From positions 1-25,119 of IMG/VR virus record IMGVR_UViG_3300044452_000162: a stretch of 25,119 nucleotides of DNA; one strand, 5' to 3'. The stretch comes from a virus (lineage: Duplodnaviria > Caudoviricetes). The translations under genes and the position numbers were made by a program. Under the pieces are notes generated by a model. It did no database searches. It was not told the origin of the DNA and was given only the letters and a program-made list of their open reading frames with translations. Of the stretch, positions 1 through 9,113 are shown one piece after another. Positions within the stretch are counted from its first letter, which is position 1. Each line of letters starts with the position of its first letter.

Positions 1-759
1 TTCTTCAGCCTCTGGATCGGCCAACGATGGCACAGCGATGCCTGCGTTGCTGGCCACCTGCGTATAATACCCCACCAAGGATTGGCTCTCTGGCGTAGAA
101 AAGGTGAAAAACTCCACGTTGGAATTTGTTCCGTTCGGGTCGACTAAAATATCATTCAAATGCGTGGCAATTGGCTGCTCATAGCTCCCCTCGCCAAGAC
201 ACAGCAAAAACTCATACACCTGGCGCTCGGTACCGATTTCACGGCACACCGGCACCGATACCAGCGGCGGCATCCAACGGTTGCGGCCAAAGGTTTCGGG
301 GATGGGATCGCGCACCGTCGCCAATTTATTCTGCAGGTTGCCGACGCTCACTTGCCTGCCGGCGTCGCGGTCTTCCGGCGTCGGTGGCTTTGGTGGCTTG
401 ACCAATGAACCAGCCAACATCGCCGCACCACCAACCGCTATGCCAATGCCGATGCCTGGTGCGAACGGTGCAATCGCCAAACCGGCCACCAACATAGCAC
501 CGCCGACAGCGCCGCTCTTTGTTTGCGGGTCTCCGTCTTGCGCAACCGCCTGAATCACCACCTGGGCATCTTCGGCCAGGCAGATCGCCATCCAATGGGA
601 TGGCCCGTAATATTCCCCATCGACCTTAGCAATAAATGGTTGGTGACGGGCAAATACCCCCGCCTTGATCGCAGCTGCGCCCAGGCTCATGCCGCCTTCG
701 GCCTCGAATCGGTCACAAACCGGTGAAAATGGTTCCCGGTAAATAATCAAACAGGGCAT
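1..759 (-). CDS. Tail tip protein, gpI-gpJ-like fusion (central tail fibre/host specificity), 3' truncated by window edge
   Basis: Not in the ORF track. Manual translation from ATG at 759 (MPCLIIYREPF...) stays open to base 1. It has a short N-terminal domain, a Gly/Ala-rich hydrophobic stretch (GAVGGAMLVAGLAIAPFAPGIGIGIAVGGAAMLAG), then DPIPETFG and LLCLGEG motifs typical of TipJ N-termini. It follows the gpL/gpK-like genes. Confidence 0.8.
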   Translation of the reverse strand, partial: MPCLIIYREPFSPVCDRFEAEGGMSLGAAAIKAGVFARHQPFIAKVDGEYYGPSHWMAICLAEDAQVVIQAVAQDGDPQTKSGAVGGAMLVAGLAIAPFAPGIGIGIAVGGAAMLAGSLVKPPKPPTPEDRDAGRQVSVGNLQNKLATVRDPIPETFGRNRWMPPLVSVPVCREIGTERQVYEFLLCLGEGSYEQPIATHLNDILVDPNGTNSNVEFFTFSTPESQSLVGYYTQVASNAGIAVPSLADPEAEE

Positions 760-1199
760 GCTAAACGCTCCAGGCAGGTGTGATGGATCACATGACGATC
801 GATGACCCAGCCCTGCAGGTTGATCTGGGCCGCGCGGCCGATGGTCGCGCCAAATTGATCACTGCAGTGGGCATACATATCATCACCCAGGCAGAGGCCC
901 ACATGATGCGGCACGGCTCGACTGCCCTTGCGCATCAACGCCACCGCGCCAGGTATCGCAGCGGCTGGCAGCCATTGGTGGGTGCTGAGCTCACCCGCCA
1001 CGGTGGCGGCGCAGGATGCCGTGTAATCACGTGGTCGGCCGTGCGCTACTGGCAAGCGTGGCAATTCGATCTTAAATGCCTGCTGCAGCACGGATCGGAC
1101 CAGCGTCCAACAATCATTGACCCCTGCCTGCCAAGGCTGGGCTCGCGCGACGTGCTGCACGGCGATTTCAGCGACATCATCAGCGGTGATTGGGGTCAT
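747..1199 (-). CDS. NlpC/P60-family tail assembly protein (gpK-like)
   Basis: PWQAG..DCWTLV catalytic Cys motif, HVGL and AHC His residues; position between gpL-like and gpI/J-like genes. Confidence 0.85.
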   Translation of the reverse strand: MTPITADDVAEIAVQHVARAQPWQAGVNDCWTLVRSVLQQAFKIELPRLPVAHGRPRDYTASCAATVAGELSTHQWLPAAAIPGAVALMRKGSRAVPHHVGLCLGDDMYAHCSDQFGATIGRAAQINLQGWVIDRHVIHHTCLERLACPV

Positions 1200-1732
1200 T
1201 ATTTGGCCATGCCTTTGAATAATCGCCGGTTAAAATTACGCCGCGGAAATCGGCGGTTGGCATGATCAACATACACCGCCTTGATCTCAACCCTGGTCAA
1301 CGTGCAGGCTACCGACACTGCCGTTTGCCGTTCGATCAAGTCCGGCCCAGGCAAGACCAAGGCCTCATTCTCTGGTTCAGGGTGTACAAATTCGCGGTAC
1401 ACAATGCCCACCGGGTTGCCGTCCAGATCAATATCGTCGATGGCACGCATCACGGTACCAGAAACGCCATCGACATGGATGGTCAATTCGGCTTGACCAG
1501 AATCATCAATGCTTGGTCGATCGACGCTGAACGACGCCTTGCTAAACGTCACCTGCTGGCTGGCATCATTCGGCGCATTGTGTTCCAGTGTTGCCAATAA
1601 ATCACGATAATCAGCCACGAAACGGAACGGTGCCGGCCAGAGAGCGCAATACAGTTCGATCGTCCCCAAAATAGGCGACGATCGATCCAGGTAATTATAG
1701 CAATCACGCAGGGCCTGCGAAAACTCTGGCAT
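1199..1732 (-). CDS. Minor tail protein, DUF1833/gpL-like
   Basis: TIEL..LW..PFRFV.D, LLATLE.NAP, F.VDRP, LTI.VDGV, VYREF and RRFPR..F pattern typical of this family; synteny in the tail tip module. Confidence 0.75.
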   Translation of the reverse strand: MPEFSQALRDCYNYLDRSSPILGTIELYCALWPAPFRFVADYRDLLATLEHNAPNDASQQVTFSKASFSVDRPSIDDSGQAELTIHVDGVSGTVMRAIDDIDLDGNPVGIVYREFVHPEPENEALVLPGPDLIERQTAVSVACTLTRVEIKAVYVDHANRRFPRRNFNRRLFKGMAK

Positions 1733-1734
1733 GG

Positions 1735-3708
1735 TTAAACTGAATTGATCGAAGGGGCTATTGATTGTGCCAGCAGGATGCCCCCGGCGGAATTTGGGTG
1801 TAAATTGTCAGATGTGTATTCAGATAAATTTATCAGATTTATCCCGCTGATGGAAAAGAGGTCGCAAACTGGGGTGCCAAAAAGCATGCAAACGTCTTTG
1901 ATAGCCTGCGCGTATTCAGGCAGCGTTGCCCCCACGCCGTTTGCTGCTGGATAAACGGGCTGGGATGAGAAAGCGCCGCGAATGAGTGGGGTGCTGAAGA
2001 TGATTCGGACTGTTGGCTTGAGCGTATACAGCGATTCTAAAGTTTGAAATACATCATTGTAAAAAGACTCTGAAACAGATCCGCTGAATGCATCGCTAAT
2101 GCTGCCTAGCTGCCGATTGCCACCATAGTCATTAGTCCCGCCAAATATGTGGATTATATCAGTATTCGCCAGATCGCCAGATGTCAGATCTGTGCCAGCA
2201 GCGTCTTTCGCCATGTCCCTTACGCTGCGACCCGATACCGCGAAGTTATTATCGGTAATCAATCCGGTTCTTAGGAGTGTTTCCGTGATGAAAAATCCAG
2301 CTACCGATATGCTGTCACCTACCCAGCTAACTTTTTTGCCTTGCCAAGGCCGGCTATTTCGATCGAAAGGCTTGAAACCTGCCAAAGGCGCCGCTTGCCG
2401 CAGCAACTGAAACCGGTCTATGAATGTGATATTAAAAATATGCAGGCGAACAAAGTGTGCGTTGCTCGGGGCTGTAAAGGCGGTGTTGTCTTGTACGGAA
2501 GTATTCGATGAGATGAATTCTCTATCGATGTCATAAAAACAAACCGCATTTGAATCATGGGATATAATTAATTGAGAACCTGGAAGAATATCAATGAAAT
2601 CAGTTGTAAAATAGTTACTGAATCCATAAGTGGACCCTGTAGTTGGGTTGATTGCCGTGTCAATCGCTGAGCGATCCGGGTCATGCGCATTAAAGTCTTG
2701 CGGCAAGCTGGCGAGGAGGGCTGTTTTTGATTTAATAAATGCCGAAGAAAGCGTTGCGGTGGGGCTTTGTGAATGCGGGGTGTACTGCACAGGAAGTGTA
2801 TCACTTGCTACCAGCATCAATTCATCGGATGCTGACAGTGGTGTTACATGCATTCGAATATAATACCCCCTTTCAGGAACAACGAACGAAACATCTTTGG
2901 TGATCGACATTTGCATGATGTGATTTTTATTTTCGTCGTAAAATGACATGGCGTTTGAGTCATGACTTGAAATCCATGACTCACCTGGATTTACCAGAAT
3001 GAATTCAGTGGTTATATAGTCTGAAAAACTGTACGTTGACCCGTTGGCAGCAAGCGCCGTGTTTTCCATCGCGTCATCAGGGTCGAAATAATTGAATTCA
3101 GAAGAAACGGTGCTTTTAATCCCGTTACGCACTATTTCCAAACGACTGCGCATAGCTGATGCTCGGTCATCTGGACTATACGAAACGAACTGATCGGGCA
3201 GTTCAGAGCCATTCACAAAAACCTGTTCAGTTAAGTCAGCATTTAAGGCTGAAAAGCGGATGTAGGTTGCATTTGCAGGTGCGACAACAGATCCGCCCGC
3301 GCTAACCCCTGCTACATAACTAATGAAATTTCTTAGATAATCATAAAAAGCAACATGCGCAACTTGGTTCGCAAATGAGTAATTTTCATTCGCGAAAATA
3401 AAAATAAATGGCGTCGCCTTCCATCCACTCTGGGAGGCAGGGTTGCCGTTTGAGAGAATATATGTATCATCAATCAATTGAGAGTCGTCTAATAAATTCT
3501 GCTGCTTCGGATAGCGATTTGATAAATCAAACGTGCGTCTGGTCACGGCTTCGTCGTGGATTGCTTTTGCGAGGGATGGCACGACGCCAGAATCGGTCGA
3601 TACGGTGTCCGTTTCGTCGCCATGCACCATTTCATGCAATAAATCAGCATCGGTGCTCACTTGCGTGGCTTTGGTCGTAATCGTATTGAGGTCATCTTGC
3701 AGGGTCAT
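1735..3708 (-). CDS. Putative receptor-binding protein/tailspike: N-terminal virion anchor, three repeated beta-rich modules, C-terminal SGNH/GDSL esterase
   Basis: Anchor motif LHEMVHGDETDTVSTDSGVVPSLAKAI; three ~85-130 aa repeats (T.FI...P, FYD....I, P..A.YIR); SGNH blocks WVGDSI, AVSG, GGTNDY, DNLHPN. Visibly more AT-rich than its neighbours. Confidence 0.8.
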   Translation of the reverse strand: MTLQDDLNTITTKATQVSTDADLLHEMVHGDETDTVSTDSGVVPSLAKAIHDEAVTRRTFDLSNRYPKQQNLLDDSQLIDDTYILSNGNPASQSGWKATPFIFIFANENYSFANQVAHVAFYDYLRNFISYVAGVSAGGSVVAPANATYIRFSALNADLTEQVFVNGSELPDQFVSYSPDDRASAMRSRLEIVRNGIKSTVSSEFNYFDPDDAMENTALAANGSTYSFSDYITTEFILVNPGESWISSHDSNAMSFYDENKNHIMQMSITKDVSFVVPERGYYIRMHVTPLSASDELMLVASDTLPVQYTPHSQSPTATLSSAFIKSKTALLASLPQDFNAHDPDRSAIDTAINPTTGSTYGFSNYFTTDFIDILPGSQLIISHDSNAVCFYDIDREFISSNTSVQDNTAFTAPSNAHFVRLHIFNITFIDRFQLLRQAAPLAGFKPFDRNSRPWQGKKVSWVGDSISVAGFFITETLLRTGLITDNNFAVSGRSVRDMAKDAAGTDLTSGDLANTDIIHIFGGTNDYGGNRQLGSISDAFSGSVSESFYNDVFQTLESLYTLKPTVRIIFSTPLIRGAFSSQPVYPAANGVGATLPEYAQAIKDVCMLFGTPVCDLFSISGINLINLSEYTSDNLHPNSAGGILLAQSIAPSINSV

Positions 3709-4208
3709 GTGACTAGGCTCGCTGGAAAGTCAGTGTGAACAGTGGTGTGCAATTGATCGGCGGCGGGATTGATTAAATCAACCATTTCGCCCAGATCGAG
3801 GTCGTCAGTCAGCAAGGCATCGAGGTCGTCTTTGCTCAGCTGCGTTGGCTTACTGATTTCCAAAGTCAGGGAGATTTCCCAGTACTTGCCCGCACGCTTA
3901 GCGCGTGGAAACGATGCCTCTAAAAAGCGGGCGCTGTGCGTTGATTCAATGCCGGCGCTGGTCTGCAAGGTAACCCCGGTTGCCCATGCTGCGCCGGCTG
4001 ACAAATAATAATCATACCAGGCCTCAAAAATTGCCAGTTGATCGGTGGTCATTATCCATGTCGCACGACAACGAACCGGCACCGTCGTGAAGCGACGGCG
4101 CACGATCGCGTGACCATACTCGCGCTCGGTTCGGATCGTCGCCGCTAACGGCTGATAATCCTGACGCCGCCCACACAGCGGCAACGTGGCTGGCCAAGCG
4201 GTACTCAT
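3705..4208 (-). CDS. Distal tail protein, gpM-like
   Basis: AWPATLP, IRTE.EYG....RRRFT, W.MT.DQLAIFEAWY...L.AGAAW, ARF, WEIS..LEI; directly after the tape measure gene with ATGA overlaps. Confidence 0.75.
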   Translation of the reverse strand: MSTAWPATLPLCGRRQDYQPLAATIRTEREYGHAIVRRRFTTVPVRCRATWIMTTDQLAIFEAWYDYYLSAGAAWATGVTLQTSAGIESTHSARFLEASFPRAKRAGKYWEISLTLEISKPTQLSKDDLDALLTDDLDLGEMVDLINPAADQLHTTVHTDFPASLVT

Positions 4209-6436
4209 CGCGACAAGCCCCCCGCCACCGGCAGGCCACGGCGTTCAAGCGCACTATTTAACGGCCCACGGCGTGATAAAATATCGCCCGCCAACATCGA
4301 GGCCACCTGCCGGCCAAAAGTCAAAATGCGGCGCCCTTCGCCGTCCGTGCTCTCTTCCGGCGGCGGTCCGTAATTGTTGATGATGATCGGCTGGCCGCCG
4401 ATTTGATGCGACGGCACCACCTCGCCACGCTCGCCGGCAAACATCCATTGCTTGCCCCCGGCGCGCCAAATCTCGGGCCCGTTTTCACCGACACGCGCCG
4501 TCGATCCGGCCGGCACAATCCCGCCATGCATCCGCCCACCGGCATACGGTGTGGCAGCAATTTGGGCGGCTGCGCCGAGACCGGCCGACAAATTGATACC
4601 GGCCAACACCTGCGCAAAGGTGGTATTCAATGGCCCGCCAAATTTCGTCGCCATCGCCAAGGTATTCGAAAACGCCAACCACGCATTGGCCGTCGCGCTG
4701 GCCACCGCAAACACCTTGTGCGCGTAAAATGCGGCCCGGTTGTTCTCGGCAGCTTGTTCCATCAATTGCGCAAGGTTTTGGTTCGCGTCGGCAATGCCGC
4801 GCACGTACAGGTCATTTTCCTGCAACTTGGCCCGGCGCTCTTGCGCGGCGCGCTTCATTGCCTGTTCGGCATGGTTCTTCAGGTTATTGTAGAAGTTCTT
4901 GGCCATCGATCCGGCCTGCTTGTAAAAGCTCGACATCGATTGCAGGTAAGATTTCCGGGCCGCATCACCACCCTTGCCCGGTGAATGAATCGAGGCCGCT
5001 TTGCCAGTCGTTTCTTCGGCCGCTGCATCAACGTCCGCGAACCATCCACGGATGGTTCGGCGCCAGCTTGCGGATCGGCTTCCGAATGTGCTGACCAACG
5101 CATCAAGCCAATTTGTTTCCTCTGCCAACTTCAGGCGTTGCGTACGCACGATGTCGTCAAGCCACGGGGTTTGAACCTTCGCATTGCCAATCGTGTTGAT
5201 TTTATCAACAAAATTATCAGTCGCATGCGATAAGTTATCAACGGCTTCATTCAGTTGTTCTTTGAGTTTGTCTGCCCCAAACCTGAAATCTGCGCCGATG
5301 GCGAAGAGCTCTGAAGCTATCGCGTCCATGCCCAGCTGGCTCGCTAGACCTGACATGGCCAAAGCAAATTCACGATAATCCTTGAGCCAATTGTTCATCG
5401 TATCGCGGAAGCCAAGCTGCATTTCAGCCCAAATTTTCTTGGCACCAGCGAACGCTAAATCAAAGCCGGCGATGATCGTATTGCCGATGTTTTGCATTTC
5501 GGACCAGAGGCGCTTGCGCATCTGCACGGTCACACGAATGAATTCCCAGGTCCATACTCGGGCTTGATAAAATGCTGTGCGCATGGCCTGCCAAAGAATG
5601 CGAAACCGTTGGCTCCAATCGGAAAAAAATGTCATCGTTTTTTCAACGCTGATACCAATTTTTTCGACAATCGCCGGCATGCCTCCGGCCTCGCGGGTCC
5701 ACATCACAATTTTATCAGTGATCACTGCGATCCCTGGAGCCAGGCGCACCGCCAGTTGTCTGGCAAACCCAGCCGCAATCTGGCCCATGCGGGCCAGGTT
5801 CGTGCCGGCCTGCTCGATGCGCGCGGCATCAAAGCGGCTCACGGTCAAGCCAAGCTCTTTGGCTTCTTGCGCCGCCCCATCCAGGTCTTCGCGCATGACG
5901 TCCAACATGGCGCTACCGCGTTGGCCCCAGATCTGCATAGCAATGCGCACGCGATCGCTTTGGGTGTCCAGGCCATTCATGGCTTCGGCGATCGCCTTGA
6001 ATTGATCGGCCGGTTGCATGCGGGCCAGCTCTGCGGCGTTCAGGCCCAGTTCATCCATGATCTTCACATAGGTGCCCATGCCGCTCTTGGCTTCGGACAC
6101 AAAGCGCGTTTGGCGCGCCAGGGATTTGTTGACCATTTCGCCAGATTGGCTGGCTAGCGTGGCGGCATGATGCAGGCCGGCCAGGCCTTCAGTGGATTGG
6201 CCCAGACGATCGGACACCTTGGCTAAGTCGTCTACCGCATCTAACTGACGTTTGACGGCATACCCCAGGCCAGCTGCTGCAGCGGCTCCGGCCACAGCTG
6301 CCGCTTTCACCGTCATTTTACTTTGCTGAGCAAACTTTTTCCAATGCTGCTGGGCATTTTTCAACCCCGCTTTCAGCTTAGCCGCATTCGCGGTCAGCTG
6401 TAAGGCGACGGTTCCAGCAGTCAGTTGTTTGCCCAT
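4205..6436 (-). CDS. Tail tape measure protein
   Basis: 743 aa, Ala-rich and helical; N-terminal G.VALQLTANA..LK.GL; C-terminal GGRMHGGIV....RVGENGPE and IIINNY motifs; follows the tail chaperones. Confidence 0.9.
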   Translation of the reverse strand: MGKQLTAGTVALQLTANAAKLKAGLKNAQQHWKKFAQQSKMTVKAAAVAGAAAAAGLGYAVKRQLDAVDDLAKVSDRLGQSTEGLAGLHHAATLASQSGEMVNKSLARQTRFVSEAKSGMGTYVKIMDELGLNAAELARMQPADQFKAIAEAMNGLDTQSDRVRIAMQIWGQRGSAMLDVMREDLDGAAQEAKELGLTVSRFDAARIEQAGTNLARMGQIAAGFARQLAVRLAPGIAVITDKIVMWTREAGGMPAIVEKIGISVEKTMTFFSDWSQRFRILWQAMRTAFYQARVWTWEFIRVTVQMRKRLWSEMQNIGNTIIAGFDLAFAGAKKIWAEMQLGFRDTMNNWLKDYREFALAMSGLASQLGMDAIASELFAIGADFRFGADKLKEQLNEAVDNLSHATDNFVDKINTIGNAKVQTPWLDDIVRTQRLKLAEETNWLDALVSTFGSRSASWRRTIRGWFADVDAAAEETTGKAASIHSPGKGGDAARKSYLQSMSSFYKQAGSMAKNFYNNLKNHAEQAMKRAAQERRAKLQENDLYVRGIADANQNLAQLMEQAAENNRAAFYAHKVFAVASATANAWLAFSNTLAMATKFGGPLNTTFAQVLAGINLSAGLGAAAQIAATPYAGGRMHGGIVPAGSTARVGENGPEIWRAGGKQWMFAGERGEVVPSHQIGGQPIIINNYGPPPEESTDGEGRRILTFGRQVASMLAGDILSRRGPLNSALERRGLPVAGGLSR

Positions 6437-6676
6437 TTAAGTTCCAGTCATCTTGGCAAAGGCTTCGGCGGAGGTTCGGCAGCTGTCCCAATCAGCGGCT
6501 GCGGTGGGTGGTCCGGCGGATGGATCGGGGCCTTCCGCCAAGTATTCAAAATATGCTTCCCATTCGATAAATTCGCGGCGGGTCATGACCGCTTGTAATT
6601 CAGCAACGGTGCGGCCGCCTAGTCGGTCGGCGATTGCGAACCAGGCGAATCGTTCGTAATCGCTTCGGAATTTCCC
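6437..6676 (-). CDS. Tail assembly chaperone gpT-like segment, expressed as a G-T fusion by -1 frameshift
   Basis: The -1 frame from the slippery site reads GKFRSDYERFAWFAIADRLGGRTVAELQAVMTRREFIEWEAYFEYL...MTGT and stops at TAA 6437-6439, abutting the tape measure ATG. The LG.TVAEL...M...E..EW.AY pattern is typical of gpT-like proteins. Confidence 0.8.
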   Translation of the reverse strand, partial: GKFRSDYERFAWFAIADRLGGRTVAELQAVMTRREFIEWEAYFEYLAEGPDPSAGPPTAAADWDSCRTSAEAFAKMTGT

Positions 6677-7014
6677 TGGATATCCTCGGCCTGTTGCACG
6701 GTCATGCCGTTTTCTTGACTAATGATTTCAGATAAATGCATCAGATCATCGAGCGTCAGCGCCGCTGAAACGGCCTGTAAATCTTCGGCATTTTCAGCAT
6801 TGAATAAGTAATGCCCCTCTTCATCGCACAACGACGCGGCAGCCATAAGGAGTGGCTGGCGGGCGTCTTCCTCGCTGCCCTCGGCGTCCATAAGCCGGTT
6901 CATCAGGACAAAACGCTGATGCGTCAGGCGCGCGATGGCCACCTGACGGCTGCTGGGCAGGTCCACCTTGATGGCCGGTGATGGGGTTTTTTGAAAGTCT
7001 TCGCGACTAAACAT
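6619..7014 (-). CDS. Tail assembly chaperone gpG-like
   Basis: 131 aa acidic protein with ASLCDEEGHYLF motif, between tail tube and tape measure genes; contains the slippery site. Confidence 0.8.
   Translation of the reverse strand: MFSREDFQKTPSPAIKVDLPSSRQVAIARLTHQRFVLMNRLMDAEGSEEDARQPLLMAAASLCDEEGHYLFNAENAEDLQAVSAALTLDDLMHLSEIISQENGMTVQQAEDIQGNSEAITNDSPGSQSPTD
6670..6676 (-). promoter_or_regulatory. -1 programmed ribosomal frameshift slippery heptamer G GGA AAT
   Basis: XXXYYYZ heptamer GGGAAAT in the correct register near the 3' end of the gpG-like ORF; lambda G/T uses GGGAAAG. Confidence 0.8.
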
Positions 7015-7054
7015 TTTTGTTCCTCGTTCAAACGTGGGCGGGATTAGCGGGTGC

Positions 7055-7477
7055 TTACGAGCCCGCCACCAAGACGTAGTCTTCCAGCTGTTTCACCGTG
7101 ATGTCCTGCGTCATTTCGGCGCCGCCTGGTTCCATCGTGGGGTTGCTCAGCTTGGTCATGATGCCTTTGATCACGCAGGTACCGGCGGTGGTTTCCCCCT
7201 GCAGTAGCGGGAACGTGACGGTCAGGGTCGCTTTTTCGCCGACCGTTGGCTGGTTGGCCAGGTCAAGCGTCACGGTCACCACCGCTTCCGTGGCAACGCG
7301 TTCGCCGCTGTCGGCGGTTTGTTCCATCGCATCACCCAAGCGAGTCACGTTGGCTTCAACGATTTCCTTGGGTGGCAATTGCAATTTTTTGACCTCGAAA
7401 TTCTCATAGGTCGTGGCGGTTTCGGTGATGGCAAGGCTACAGCCTTTGCTGAAGCGCATTGGTTTCGGTGTAGGCAT
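7055..7477 (-). CDS. Major tail (tube) protein
   Basis: 140 aa Thr-rich beta-type protein; strong SD (AAGGAGG); canonical position before the chaperones. Confidence 0.7.
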   Translation of the reverse strand: MPTPKPMRFSKGCSLAITETATTYENFEVKKLQLPPKEIVEANVTRLGDAMEQTADSGERVATEAVVTVTLDLANQPTVGEKATLTVTFPLLQGETTAGTCVIKGIMTKLSNPTMEPGGAEMTQDITVKQLEDYVLVAGS

Positions 7478-7489
7478 GATGGCCTCCTT

Positions 7490-8032
7490 TTATTTGGTTA
7501 ATTTGGCCAATTCTTGGCCGGTGCGTTGGGTGAAGTGCGGTGGCACGGTGGTGCGCATGCGATCGAATTCTGGGGCCAGGAACGGATCAGCGGGGCGTAC
7601 GTGACGGCCCAGGGGATCTTCGAATGAGCGCTGGCGCGGGTTGCCGGTCGGGACGTGGCCGGTTTCTATGATAATTGCATAAAAATGCGGCGGCGCGCCG
7701 CGGTGGACACGCTTCCCTCTTTGTCGGGCGCGTTTGGCTTGCTTGGCTGACGTCGTCACAGCGCGATTGCCGGCACTAAATGACCGGCGCGGCTGAATAA
7801 AAAAGTGCATCTCGCCGGTACTGCGGTTTAGCTTGGTGACAATGCCCATCGAATCGCGCAACAGGCCACTGGCGACTGGTGCTTGTGCCTTCACGCGGGC
7901 CAAAGGATCTTTCAAAACCGCGCGGCCAACTTTGCGCACGATCTTATTGTGCTGCTTCGGATCATCGAGTTTTTCCAGCGTGCGCTGGATGCGTCGCAGA
8001 TCCGCAGGGTTCCACTGTGCTTCCATGGCCAT
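7490..8032 (-). CDS. Tail completion/neck protein, HK97 gp10-like
   Basis: Basic protein with K.QAPVASGLLRDS, FYAIIIETG and PFLAPEF motifs. Confidence 0.8.
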   Translation of the reverse strand: MAMEAQWNPADLRRIQRTLEKLDDPKQHNKIVRKVGRAVLKDPLARVKAQAPVASGLLRDSMGIVTKLNRSTGEMHFFIQPRRSFSAGNRAVTTSAKQAKRARQRGKRVHRGAPPHFYAIIIETGHVPTGNPRQRSFEDPLGRHVRPADPFLAPEFDRMRTTVPPHFTQRTGQELAKLTK

Positions 8033-8499
8033 TACGCTTGCCGCTCATCGATCTGTACCGCGATAACAATGGTCAGGCGGTCTTTGTGGCTTTTGCGCAG
8101 GGCCTGCGGCGTGCGGGCCGCACGTTCTAACGTACGGATGCCTTGCACGGGAAAGTCCTGTGTCGCGGCGTCGATCAATTCGATCATCATTTGCGACACG
8201 CGATCAAAGAATTGATGAATGGCTTCGCCTTCTGCGATGGCGGCTGGGGTGTTGGCGCGGACAGCCAACAACAATGAACCGGCCACCTGCACGCCGGTAC
8301 CCCAACCACGCGGATCCATGTCCAGGTCATTGCCCCAATCGATTTGCAAGGCCAGGTCTTGCTCTTCAGGCGGTACCACATGCCAATAGATATGCTCTTT
8401 GGCGGCTGCCGCATCAGCGGCGCCGGTCCAGGCCTGCCAGGTTGGCGTATCCGCCAAGGCCTGTTCGAATTTCACCAGATAATCGTTCAAAATCGACAT
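8032..8499 (-). CDS. Putative tail terminator/head-tail connector protein
   Basis: 155 aa, translationally coupled to both neighbours, located in the neck module; function inferred from size and synteny only. Confidence 0.5.
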   Translation of the reverse strand: MSILNDYLVKFEQALADTPTWQAWTGAADAAAAKEHIYWHVVPPEEQDLALQIDWGNDLDMDPRGWGTGVQVAGSLLLAVRANTPAAIAEGEAIHQFFDRVSQMMIELIDAATQDFPVQGIRTLERAARTPQALRKSHKDRLTIVIAVQIDERQA

Positions 8500-9113
8500 C
8501 AGGCAGCCTTCGCATATTTCACGATGGTTTTGGTCGTGGTTGATTGCTGCGTGCCCAAGGCGACGTCTAATTGGTCAGTCGGTATTTGCGGATCGTCGCG
8601 CACGTCCTGAATAGCAGCAATGGTTTCGTTGAGCGCGGTCCAGACGGTGCATAAACGGCCGCGCATCGGCACCGCGACGCCTGTGGCGCCAATGGTAATG
8701 CCACCAACAATCTGCAGGGCCAGCATCCACCATGGGGTGCCGGCCTCGATGTTGCTGATGGTCCCCTGCAGGGTCGCGGTGGTTGTTTTGGCCTGGCGAA
8801 TCAAGGCGCGGGCCATATCCAAGCGCTCGCGCTGGGCCTGGGCCAAGGCGCGCGCGTCAGCTGCTGCGTCGGCGGCTGCGGTGGTTCCCGATTGTGTGGC
8901 ATGACGTTCGGCCACCTGGGCCAAGGTCTCTGCTGTATGCAGGCCGGCTTCCAACGCAGGCAGCGCTTGCTCCACCTGCTCAATGGTTGCTTGAGCTTCA
9001 GCCAGCTTGGCGTTCAGGGCGTCCAGGTCTTCGCGGCTGGCGCTGCTGCAGCCGGCTAGCCAACATAGGAGAAAACAAGCAAAAACAGTGCGGAACATCA
9101 GAACCCCTTTCAT
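8499..9113 (-). CDS. Lipoprotein with coiled coil and a second, C-proximal hydrophobic helix (spanin-like)
   Basis: Signal MFRTVFACFLLCW-LAGC lipobox, Ser at +2; Ala/Gln-rich heptad region; hydrophobic WWMLALQIVGGITIGATGVAV segment. The start may be ATG 9098. Confidence 0.65.
   Translation of the reverse strand: MKGVLMFRTVFACFLLCWLAGCSSASREDLDALNAKLAEAQATIEQVEQALPALEAGLHTAETLAQVAERHATQSGTTAAADAAADARALAQAQRERLDMARALIRQAKTTTATLQGTISNIEAGTPWWMLALQIVGGITIGATGVAVPMRGRLCTVWTALNETIAAIQDVRDDPQIPTDQLDVALGTQQSTTTKTIVKYAKAA

Noticed and set aside
747-1199. NlpC/P60 gene as the endolysin
   Set aside because: Its L-K-I/J synteny identifies it as a tail tip assembly protein.
2400-3500. Repeats in the tail protein considered as a DGR template/variable pair
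   Set aside because: Similarity is at protein level with differences at all bases, not adenine-specific, and no reverse transcriptase is present.
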